Notes under the pieces: generated by a model
Told to the model about the DNA's origin: nothing
Databases searched by the model: none
What the model saw: only the letters and a program-made list of their open reading frames with translations
In this document: positions 37,505-45,861 of the stretch, piece by piece
Position numbering within the stretch: the first letter of the stretch is position 1
How the letters are laid out: every line of letters begins with the position of its first letter
IMG/VR virus record: IMGVR_UViG_3300040735_000039
DNA from: an uncultured virus (IMG/VR IMGVR_UViG_3300040735_000039)
Lineage: Duplodnaviria > Heunggongvirae > Uroviricota > Caudoviricetes
Length of the DNA stretch: 64,000 nt
Direction: 5' to 3' (one strand)
Translations under genes and position numbers: made by a program

Positions 37505-39112
37505 GTGCGATTGCGCAAACTAAAAAAATATAAACAGACGCGCTTCAAAACGCAGGATTCGACCTATGACAAAGAAGCCGCTGACTACGCTGTGGCGTTC
37601 ATAGAATCGCTCTGTCACACCAAAGGCACATGGGCCGGAAAGCCATTCGAGCTTATTGACTGGCAGGAACAAATTATACGTGACATCTTTGGAACACTGA
37701 AACCCAACGGTTACCGGCAGTTCAATACGGCCTATGTAGAGATACCAAAGAAGATGGGCAAGAGTGAACTTGCCGCCGCCATAGCTCTGCTACTGACCTG
37801 TGGCGACAACGAAGAACGCGCCGAGGTTTATGGCTGTGCTGCTGACCGGAATCAGGCGTCTATCGTTTTCAACGTAGCAGCGGATATGGTGCGGATGTGT
37901 CCAGCTTTGTCGAAACGTGTCAAAATTCTCGACGCTACCAAGCGGCTCATCTTCCAGCCGACCGGCAGTATCTATCAGGTGCTTTCGGCCGATGTTGGCA
38001 ACAAGCACGGCTTCAATACCCACGGCGTGGTGTTCGACGAGCTGCATACGCAGCCGAATCGCAAGCTCTACGACGTAATGACCAAAGGCAGCGGCGATGC
38101 GAGAATGCAGCCGCTGTATTTTTTGATTACTACCGCCGGAGATAACCAGAACAGCATCTGCTGGGAGGTTCATCAAAAGGCGCTGGATATTATTGATGGA
38201 AGAAAGCATGACCCCACCTTCTACCCAGTAATTTACGGCGCAGCGCAAGAAGATGATTGGACTGACCCCAAGGTGTGGAAGAAGGCAAATCCCTCTCTCG
38301 GCATCACAGTTGGCATGGATAAGGTTAAGGCGGCGTTTGAATCAGCTCGGCAAAATCCAGCCGAAGAGAACAGCTTCCGGCAGCTTCGGCTCAATCAATG
38401 GGTCAAACAGGCGGTGCGCTGGATGCCGATGGATAAATGGGATAAATGCGCGTTTGCTGTTGATGCAGAAGCTCTCGAAGGTCGCGTCTGTTACGGCGGA
38501 CTCGACCTTTCCAGCAGCACCGACATCACGGCTTTAGTGCTGGTGTTTCCTCCTGCCGACGAGGAAGATAAGTACTGCGTTCTGCCGTACTTCTGGATAC
38601 CAGAGGATAACATCGACCTGCGTGTTCGGCGCGACCATGTAAATTATGATGTTTGGAAAAAGCAGGGCTTTCTGCAAACTACCGAGGGCAATGTGGTGCA
38701 TTACGGCTATATCGAGCAGTTCATTGAATCCCTCGGTGAGAAATACAACATCCGTGAGATTGCTTTCGACCGCTGGGGCGCTGTGCAAATGACGCAGAAT
38801 CTTGAAACGCTCGGCTTCTCGGTCGTGCCGTTCGGTCAGGGCTTTAAGGATATGTCTCCACCGACCAAGGAACTCATGAAGCTAACACTGGAGGAGAAAA
38901 TCGCTCACGGCGGACACCCCGTCCTACGCTGGATGATGGACAACATATATATCCGCACCGACCCTGCAGGAAATATCAAAGCGGACAAGGAGAAATCCAC
39001 CGAAAAGATAGACGGCGCGGTCGCTACCATCATGGCGCTCGACCGAGCGATTCGGTGCGGCAACGACACAGGCGAGAGCGTTTATGACAAACGCGGCTTG
39101 CTCATTTGGTAA
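37505..39112 (+). CDS. terL: Terminase large subunit
   Basis: EIPKKMGKSE, VFDELH, ITTAG, GGLDLSSSTD, EKIDGAVA. Confidence 0.96.
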   Translation: MRLRKLKKYKQTRFKTQDSTYDKEAADYAVAFIESLCHTKGTWAGKPFELIDWQEQIIRDIFGTLKPNGYRQFNTAYVEIPKKMGKSELAAAIALLLTCGDNEERAEVYGCAADRNQASIVFNVAADMVRMCPALSKRVKILDATKRLIFQPTGSIYQVLSADVGNKHGFNTHGVVFDELHTQPNRKLYDVMTKGSGDARMQPLYFLITTAGDNQNSICWEVHQKALDIIDGRKHDPTFYPVIYGAAQEDDWTDPKVWKKANPSLGITVGMDKVKAAFESARQNPAEENSFRQLRLNQWVKQAVRWMPMDKWDKCAFAVDAEALEGRVCYGGLDLSSSTDITALVLVFPPADEEDKYCVLPYFWIPEDNIDLRVRRDHVNYDVWKKQGFLQTTEGNVVHYGYIEQFIESLGEKYNIREIAFDRWGAVQMTQNLETLGFSVVPFGQGFKDMSPPTKELMKLTLEEKIAHGGHPVLRWMMDNIYIRTDPAGNIKADKEKSTEKIDGAVATIMALDRAIRCGNDTGESVYDKRGLLIW

Positions 39113-39126
39113 GGAGGCAAACGCCT

Positions 39127-40419
39127 ATGGGCATACTACAAGGCATTTTCAAGCCCCGCGACAAGCCTAAAAATCTCGGAGGCAACAGCTTTTTGTGGGG
39201 CGGTACGACTTCTGGCAAGGTGGTAAACGAAAAGACCGCCATGCAAATGACAGCGGTTTACTCCTGTGTTCGCATCCTCTCGGAAGCGATCGCGGGTTTG
39301 CCGCTGTTTTTATATAAATACGGCGAGGACGGCAGCAAGGAAAAGTGCCTCGACCACCCGTTATGGCGGGTCCTACATGATGAGCCCAATCCTGAAATGA
39401 CCTCGTTTGTCTTTCGGGAAACCATGATGAACCACCTGCTTCTCACGGGTAATGCCTACGCACAGATCATCCGCAACGCTCGTGGCGAGGTGGTTGCGCT
39501 CTATCCGCTGATGCCGGACAGAGTCACGGTGGACAGAGATTCTCAGGGACGGCTATATTACCGCTACCGCAGAAACAGCGACGACGCGCCAGAGATCGGC
39601 AAAAACAAAGAGGCGGATATTATCTTCTCTCCGTCGGACATTCTCCATGTACTGGGGCTTGGCTATGACGGACTGGTCGGCTACTCGCCGATTGCGATGG
39701 CAAAGAATGCAGTCGGTTTGGCGATGGCTGCCGAGGAATATGGTGCCAAGTTTTTTGCCAACGGCGCTGCTCCCTCCGGCGTTCTGGAGCATCCGGGCAC
39801 CATCAAGGACCCGGAACGCATCCGTGAAAGCTGGCAGTCCACCTTCGGCGGCAGCAGCAACAGCAACAAAATCGCTGTGTTGGAGGAAGGGCTCAAGTAC
39901 ACGCCCATCGCCATATCGCCGGAGCAGGCGCAGTTCCTCGAAACCCGCAAATTCCAAATCAATGAAATCGCTCGAATTTTCAGAGTGCCGCCACATATGC
40001 TGGCCGATCTCGAAAAGTCGAGCTTTTCTAATATTGAGCAGCAGTCGCTGGAGTTTGTGAAATACACCCTCGACCCGTGGGTGATCCGCTGGGAACAGGC
40101 AATGAACAAGGCGCTCCTACTCGACAGCGAAAAACGCACGGTGTTTACCAAATTCAATGTGGATGGACTGCTTCGCGGCGACTACGCATCGCGTATGACA
40201 GGCTACGCGACCGCTCGACAAAACGGCTGGATGTCGGCAAATGACATACGAGAGCTTGAAAATCTCGACCGAATCCCTGCCGACCTCGGCGGCGACCTTT
40301 ATCTCATCAACGGCGCGATGACAAAACTCGCGGATGCAGGCGTGTTTGCAAATACAACTTCAGAAACGGAGGAAACCTCAGATGGACAAAACAAAGCGAA
40401 GTCCCGTAAAGGCGCGTGA
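39127..40419 (+). CDS. HK97-family portal protein
   Basis: AVYSCVRILSE, GNAYA, DGLVGYSP, IARIFRVPPH, SFSNIEQQ. Confidence 0.95.
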   Translation: MGILQGIFKPRDKPKNLGGNSFLWGGTTSGKVVNEKTAMQMTAVYSCVRILSEAIAGLPLFLYKYGEDGSKEKCLDHPLWRVLHDEPNPEMTSFVFRETMMNHLLLTGNAYAQIIRNARGEVVALYPLMPDRVTVDRDSQGRLYYRYRRNSDDAPEIGKNKEADIIFSPSDILHVLGLGYDGLVGYSPIAMAKNAVGLAMAAEEYGAKFFANGAAPSGVLEHPGTIKDPERIRESWQSTFGGSSNSNKIAVLEEGLKYTPIAISPEQAQFLETRKFQINEIARIFRVPPHMLADLEKSSFSNIEQQSLEFVKYTLDPWVIRWEQAMNKALLLDSEKRTVFTKFNVDGLLRGDYASRMTGYATARQNGWMSANDIRELENLDRIPADLGGDLYLINGAMTKLADAGVFANTTSETEETSDGQNKAKSRKGA

Positions 40420-41143
40420 TAAAACGCATTTCTGGAACTGGGACAACGACGAGGAAACGGGCGTCCGCACCCTGTTCCTTGATGGCACGATTGCGGACGA
40501 AAGCTGGTGGGATGATGAAATCACACCGAAAATGTTCAAGAACGAACTTGTTTCCGGTGACGGTGACATTGTCGTTTGGATCAACTCCCCCGGTGGTGAT
40601 TGCGTGGCTGCAAGCCAGATCTATGCCATGCTCATGGATTATCCGCACGACGTCACCGTCAAGATTGACGGCATTGCGGCTTCGGCAGCCTCCGTCATCG
40701 CAATGGCGGGTACACAGGTGCTCATGGCACCGACCAGCCTCATGATGATTCACAATCCGCTGACTGTCGCAATCGGCGATACTGAGGAGATGCAAAAGGC
40801 CATCGCGATGCTGGACGAGGTCAAGGAAAGCATCATCAACGCCTACGAAATCAAGACCGGTCAGTCGCGGGCAAAAATCTCGCATCTCATGGACGGCGAA
40901 ACCTATATGAACGCCAATAAAGCCGTGGAGCTCGGCTTTGCGGACGGCATCTTGGAGGACGCGAAGCGCGACCACTCCGACGATGTCGTTTTTGCTTTCA
41001 GCCGCAGGGCCGTCACAAACTCACTCATGAACAAGCTCACGCACAAAGCCGCTCCCAATGCGGAGCAAAAGAAGCCGGATGCGCCTGCTGGCGTTTCCAT
41101 CACCGAGGCTATGCAAAAGCTGCAAGCCCGTAAATACATTTGA
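40382..41143 (+). CDS. ClpP-like head maturation protease
   Basis: WINSPGGD, AASAAS, MMIHNP, GFADGI. Confidence 0.93.
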   Translation: MDKTKRSPVKARDKTHFWNWDNDEETGVRTLFLDGTIADESWWDDEITPKMFKNELVSGDGDIVVWINSPGGDCVAASQIYAMLMDYPHDVTVKIDGIAASAASVIAMAGTQVLMAPTSLMMIHNPLTVAIGDTEEMQKAIAMLDEVKESIINAYEIKTGQSRAKISHLMDGETYMNANKAVELGFADGILEDAKRDHSDDVVFAFSRRAVTNSLMNKLTHKAAPNAEQKKPDAPAGVSITEAMQKLQARKYI

Positions 41144-41159
41144 CGGAGGTATTTCTATT

Positions 41160-42341
41160 ATGAAAAAGGTACTTGAAATGCGCGAAAAACGCGCAAAGGC
41201 ATGGGACGCGGCAAAGGCGTTCCTCGACACCCGCGCCAAGGACGGCGTGCTGTCCGCAGAGGACAACGCGACTTATGACAAAATGCTCGCCGATGTGGAT
41301 GCGATGGCGCATCAGATTGCTATTGAGGAGGATCGCGTGGCGCGTGATGCTGCTATGGCACAACCCACCAGTTCGCCTATCACCGAAAAGCCTGCCCTTC
41401 AGAACGGCAAGCCTCTCGTTCCCAGAGCGACCACCGAATACCGCGAGGATTTCTATAATCTCATTCGCGGTAAGCGCCCTGTCCACAATGTCATGGAGGA
41501 AGGCACCAACGCCAACGGCGGCTATCTCGTGCCTCTGGAGTTTGACAACACGCTCGTTCAGGCGCTTGCCCGCGAAAATGTCATCCGCTCTCTGGCAAAG
41601 GTAATCACCACTGCCGCGCCGCACAGAATCAATGTGGCGCTGACCGATGTATCCGCCGACTGGGTGGCGGAGTCCGGCGTGTTTACGCCCTCCACTCCCA
41701 CCTTCAATCAGCTTTCGCTGGATGCGTTCACGCTTCGTGCGGCAGCGCTTGTTTCCGAGGAACTGCTTGAGGATTCCATGTTCGACCTTCAGGCGTATCT
41801 CATTGACAACTTTGCCCGCGCTTTTGCGGCAAAGGAGGAACAGGCTTTCTGTGTTGGTACAGGCTCTGGCCAGCCTACCGGCATCTTTACCGCATCCGGC
41901 GGTGACCTCGGTGTGACCACCGCTACGGCCAGTGACATCAAGGCGGACGAGCTGATCGACCTCACCTATTCTCTAAAGGACGGCTACAAGAAGAATGCCG
42001 CGTTCGTGTTGGGCAGTGGCACGCTTGCCAGCGTCCGCAAGCTGAAGGACGGCAACGGCGCATATATGTGGCAGCCCTCTCTGCAGGCAGGTCAGCCCGA
42101 CCGTCTGCTCGGTTTCCCCGTGTATGTTTCCCAGTATGCTCCCACAATTGCAGCGGGTGCTTACACAGTCGCTTTCGGTGATTTCCAAAACTACTGGATT
42201 GCCGACCGTACAGGCAGAACCGTTCGCCGTGCCGACGAGCTCCACATCGCTAACCTGCAGACTGGCTTCTACGCTTTCCAGCGTGTTGACGCGAAAACCG
42301 TGCTGCCGGAGGGCATCAAGCTGCTCAAGCAGCACGCGTAA
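41160..42341 (+). CDS. HK97-family major capsid protein
   Basis: GGYLVP, WVAE, KLKDGNGAYMWQP, LLGFPV, FGDF. Confidence 0.95.
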   Translation: MKKVLEMREKRAKAWDAAKAFLDTRAKDGVLSAEDNATYDKMLADVDAMAHQIAIEEDRVARDAAMAQPTSSPITEKPALQNGKPLVPRATTEYREDFYNLIRGKRPVHNVMEEGTNANGGYLVPLEFDNTLVQALARENVIRSLAKVITTAAPHRINVALTDVSADWVAESGVFTPSTPTFNQLSLDAFTLRAAALVSEELLEDSMFDLQAYLIDNFARAFAAKEEQAFCVGTGSGQPTGIFTASGGDLGVTTATASDIKADELIDLTYSLKDGYKKNAAFVLGSGTLASVRKLKDGNGAYMWQPSLQAGQPDRLLGFPVYVSQYAPTIAAGAYTVAFGDFQNYWIADRTGRTVRRADELHIANLQTGFYAFQRVDAKTVLPEGIKLLKQHA

Positions 42342-42353
42342 CGGAGGTGTAAC

Positions 42354-42578
42354 ATGAGTTATAACGCGAAGAACTATACCGAACAGGGCGGAGAGAAAAC
42401 CGTTATCGGCGGGACGCTGGAAATCAAGGAGGGAGCCTCGGTAACGGGGCTTCCTTCCGATTTTACGCCCGCTGCGGTTCAGGCGGACAGCACGGCCACG
42501 GATGCGATTGGCCTTGTAACAGATTTTAACGCCCTGCTTGCCAAGCTGAAAGCCGCCGGTCTGATGGCATCCGAATGA
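42354..42578 (+). CDS. Head fibre/decoration protein
   Basis: YNAKNYTEQGGEKTVIGG...DFNALLAKLKAAGLM. Confidence 0.75.
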   Translation: MSYNAKNYTEQGGEKTVIGGTLEIKEGASVTGLPSDFTPAAVQADSTATDAIGLVTDFNALLAKLKAAGLMASE

Positions 42579-42596
42579 TGAAAGGAGGGCGGTGGT

Positions 42597-42908
42597 ATGA
42601 CTACACTGCTGGAAAAAGTCAAAGCGAATCTCATTCTGGAACACAATGCGGATGATGAACTTCTGGGACTATACATCACCGCCGCCACCAGCTATGCCGA
42701 AAGCTATCAACACATCACGGCGGGCTTCTACGCAACAAACCCCATGCCGCCAACCACCGAACAGGCCGTTATCATGCTGTCGTCCCACTTCTACGAATCG
42801 CGGGACGGCAGCACGGGTGGCTTCTTTTCGGATAACGTACAAGCGGGACAGCAGGTGTGGAACACGGTCAATCTCCTGCTGCGGCTCGACCGGGATTGGA
42901 AGGTGTGA
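42597..42908 (+). CDS. Head-tail connector (gp6-like)
   Basis: LEKVKANL..EHNADDELL, QAVIMLSSHFYESR. Confidence 0.88.
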   Translation: MTTLLEKVKANLILEHNADDELLGLYITAATSYAESYQHITAGFYATNPMPPTTEQAVIMLSSHFYESRDGSTGGFFSDNVQAGQQVWNTVNLLLRLDRDWKV

Positions 42909-42910
42909 GT

Positions 42911-43243
42911 ATGAGCTTTGGAAAAATGAACACCATTATTGATCTCATAGAGAAACGGACGGTGCGGGACAGCGAGGGCTTTTCGACAGAAACCGACATC
43001 GTTCTTGCTTCTGTCAGAGCGTACAGAGAAGGTCGGCACGGCAACGAGAAATGGGCGAACCGCGCTCAGTTCTCCGAAGCCACCGACCTGTTCCAGTTTC
43101 GCTGTATTCCCAGTGTCGCCGTTACAACCGCCATGGTGATAGTCAACGGCGACGGTCGTTTCGAGATCACCTCCGTGGAAGATGTCAAAGGTCGCGGGAT
43201 GTATATACAAGTGCTGGCAAAAGAGGTGAAGCCCAGTGGCTAA
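42911..43243 (+). CDS. Head-tail adaptor/head closure protein
   Basis: Synteny; MSFGKMN...VEDVKGRGMYIQVLA. Confidence 0.8.
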   Translation: MSFGKMNTIIDLIEKRTVRDSEGFSTETDIVLASVRAYREGRHGNEKWANRAQFSEATDLFQFRCIPSVAVTTAMVIVNGDGRFEITSVEDVKGRGMYIQVLAKEVKPSG

Positions 43244-43667
43244 AGCAACATATAAACTGCCTGAGGATTTTCTGCTGAAGGTCTCCAAGCTGGCGGATAA
43301 AACAGATGAAATCCTGCCCCGCGTGTTACAAGCGGGCGGCGAGGTGGTGGAAGCGAAGGTCAAGTCCAATCTGCAGTCCGTCATTGGCAGCGGCACAAAA
43401 GAAGAAAGTCGTTCCACCGGTGAGCTCGTCGGCGCACTGGGCGTTTCGTCAGCTCGGCAGGATAAGAACGGCGATTTCAATGTGAAGGTCGGCTTCTCCG
43501 AGCCGCGCTCTGACGGGAAAAGCAACGCCATGATCGCGGGCGTTCTCGAATACGGTAAGCACGGTCAACCGGCAAAGCCGTTCTTGAAACCTGCGAAATC
43601 AGCCAGCAAAAATGCCTGCATCGAAGCGATGAAAGCAAAGTTGGAGAGCGAGGTGAACGGCGTATGA
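43236..43667 (+). CDS. HK97 gp10-family protein
   Basis: RSTGEL, LEYGKHGQPAKPFLKPA. Confidence 0.88.
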   Translation: MAKATYKLPEDFLLKVSKLADKTDEILPRVLQAGGEVVEAKVKSNLQSVIGSGTKEESRSTGELVGALGVSSARQDKNGDFNVKVGFSEPRSDGKSNAMIAGVLEYGKHGQPAKPFLKPAKSASKNACIEAMKAKLESEVNGV

Positions 43668-44677
43668 GTTCCTATCGCTGGATTCCGTGGACACAGCCCC
43701 TTCTCTCTGCCGACAACGGCTACGGCTTAGTTTCCGCAAGCTCCGTCAATCCCACCTCCGGCGGCGCTCCTGCGTGGAAAGCGTCGGACGGCATCAAAGA
43801 AGGCTCGTCAACCTCATGGGAGGCGGCAAAGGACGCATATCCGGCTTGGTGGCTGTGGGAACTGCCCGTTACACTCAAAATCACAAGGCTGGTGCTATAT
43901 AACAAATACTCCGGCTACGACTATGTGACAAAGAATGTGTCGGTCTACTCGGATAAGAGCAGAACCCAGCTTATCGCCAGCGGCACGTTTGAGGCGGCGT
44001 CCTTTTCAACGCTCACCTTCGATTTTACTCAAGCGGTTATCACAAATGCACTTTGCGTGGTCTGCGAAAACAGCTATAAGGAAAGCAACACCTATGTAGG
44101 ACTTGGCGAGGTGGAGATTACCGCAGAACAAGGCATCGAACAGTTCGAGGTACGTTATTGCGATTGGGACGGAACGCTGCTGAAGGATGAAATGGTCGAC
44201 AGCGGTGGTTCTGTTGTTCCTCCCGCTGACCCAGTTCGTCAAGGCTACACCTTTACTGGCTGGAGCGCATCGACGGAGCGGGTGCTGGAGGATATGACCG
44301 TCACGGCACAGTATACCAAGGACCCGTCCGACGAGGACTTTCTACTCACGCTTTTGACGGAACTTATCGGCGAACTGCATATCCCGTTGGAAACCGGCGT
44401 GTTCAAGGACTCCGCACCTGACCGCTACTGTGTATTTACACCCATGGCGGATACCTTCGAGCTGTTTGCGGACAACCGCCCGCATCATGAAACGCAGGAG
44501 GTGCGAGTGTCCCTATATGACAAGGGCAACTATCTGCGCACGAAAAACACGCTTGCCCGCGCCCTTTTGGATGCGGATATCACGATAACCGACCGCCGCT
44601 ATCTTGGTCATGAGGACGATACCGGCTATCACCATTACGCCATTGACGTGGCGAAAGACTATGAATTGGAGGATTGA
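43664..44677 (+). CDS. Putative tail-completion protein with N-terminal discoidin-like and InlB B-repeat-like extension
   Basis: C-terminal ~110 aa (PLETGVF..APDRY...RRYLGHEDDTGYHHYAIDV) sits in the tail-terminator slot; N-terminus SASS...AWKASDG...VGLGEVEI; P.DPVRQGYTFTGW...TVTAQY repeat. Confidence 0.7.
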   Translation: MSSYRWIPWTQPLLSADNGYGLVSASSVNPTSGGAPAWKASDGIKEGSSTSWEAAKDAYPAWWLWELPVTLKITRLVLYNKYSGYDYVTKNVSVYSDKSRTQLIASGTFEAASFSTLTFDFTQAVITNALCVVCENSYKESNTYVGLGEVEITAEQGIEQFEVRYCDWDGTLLKDEMVDSGGSVVPPADPVRQGYTFTGWSASTERVLEDMTVTAQYTKDPSDEDFLLTLLTELIGELHIPLETGVFKDSAPDRYCVFTPMADTFELFADNRPHHETQEVRVSLYDKGNYLRTKNTLARALLDADITITDRRYLGHEDDTGYHHYAIDVAKDYELED

Positions 44678-44682
44678 TTTCT

Positions 44683-45276
44683 ATGGCAACAATCGGTCTT
44701 GACAGACTTTATTACTCGAAAATTACAGAGGGCGCAAACGGCGATGAAACCTATGCCGCTCCCGTTTCTCTCGCCAAAGCGATGCAGGCAGACCTTTCCA
44801 TTGAGCTTGCCGAGGCGACGCTTTATGCCGACGACGGACCCGCAGAGGTCGTGAAGGAGTTTAAGTCCGGCACGCTCTCGCTCGGTATCGACGACATCGG
44901 CAAAACCACCGCCGAAGATTTGACCGGCGCTCAGATCGACGACAACGGCGTCGTGATTGCGGCATCCGAGGACGGCGGCGATCCTGTGGCTATCGGTTTC
45001 CGCGCCAAGAAGTCCAACGGAAAATACCGCTACTTCTGGCTGTACCGTGTGAAGTTCGGTATTCCAGCGACAAATCTTGCTACAAAGGGCGATTCTATCA
45101 CCTTCTCCACGCCTACCATCGAAGGCACGGTGCTGCGCCGCAACAAGCTCGACCAAAATGGCAAGCACCCGTGGAAAGCAGAGGCTACTGAGGGTGATGC
45201 GGATGTTCCGGCATCTGTTATCACCGGCTGGTACACGCAGGTGTATGAGCCGACTTTCACAGGAGGTAACGCATAA
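44683..45276 (+). CDS. Major tail protein (phi13-like)
   Basis: MATIGLDRLYY, LYADDG, IGFRAKKSNGKYRYFWLY. Confidence 0.9.
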   Translation: MATIGLDRLYYSKITEGANGDETYAAPVSLAKAMQADLSIELAEATLYADDGPAEVVKEFKSGTLSLGIDDIGKTTAEDLTGAQIDDNGVVIAASEDGGDPVAIGFRAKKSNGKYRYFWLYRVKFGIPATNLATKGDSITFSTPTIEGTVLRRNKLDQNGKHPWKAEATEGDADVPASVITGWYTQVYEPTFTGGNA

Positions 45277-45659
45277 TGGCTGACGAAAGAAGCACGCTTA
45301 TCACCATCGGCGGCAACGAGTATGAAATGCTCCTCACCACCAAGGCGACAAAAGAAATTGCCAAACGCTACGGCGGGCTGTCCAATCTCGGCGATAAGCT
45401 GATGAAATCCGAAAACTTCGAGCTGGCGCTGGATGAAATCGTGTGGCTTATCACGCTGCTGGCGAATCAGTCCGTGCTCGTATATAACCTGCAAAATCCG
45501 AAGGCGAAGAAGGAACTGCTCGCCGAGGAATCGGTCGAGCTTCTGACTTCGCCTTTTGAATTGGCTGAATACAAAAACGCCATCATGGACGCCATGTATA
45601 AGGGCACCAAGCGCGAGGTGGAAAGTGAGCCGGACTCAAAAAACGCACAGGTCGGGTAA
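45276..45659 (+). CDS. Tail assembly chaperone (gpG-like)
   Basis: Between the major tail and tape measure genes; slippery A AAA AAC at 45638-45644. Confidence 0.85.
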   Translation: MADERSTLITIGGNEYEMLLTTKATKEIAKRYGGLSNLGDKLMKSENFELALDEIVWLITLLANQSVLVYNLQNPKAKKELLAEESVELLTSPFELAEYKNAIMDAMYKGTKREVESEPDSKNAQVG

Positions 45660-45847
45660 GCGATGAAGAGTTGTTTGCCCGACTGATTTTTTACGGTGTT
45701 TCGCTCCTCGGTCGGGCGGAGCCGGAGGTGTTGCTCATGCCTATCGGTCATCTGCTCGACCAGTGGGAATGTTACAAGCAATACCATGGGCTGGCGAAGC
45801 CAAAACGCGAGTATTACATTGATGAAATCATCCCCGGCGGGATTTAA
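45638..45847 (+). CDS. -1 frameshift extension of the tail chaperone (gpGT-like)
   Basis: -1 frame is open: RTGRVSDEELFARLIFYGVSLLGRAEPEVLLMPIGHLLDQWECYKQYHG...GGI, TAA at 45845-45847. Confidence 0.75.
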   Translation, partial: KKRTGRVSDEELFARLIFYGVSLLGRAEPEVLLMPIGHLLDQWECYKQYHGLAKPKREYYIDEIIPGGI

Positions 45848-45861
45848 GGAGGTGGTGAGCT

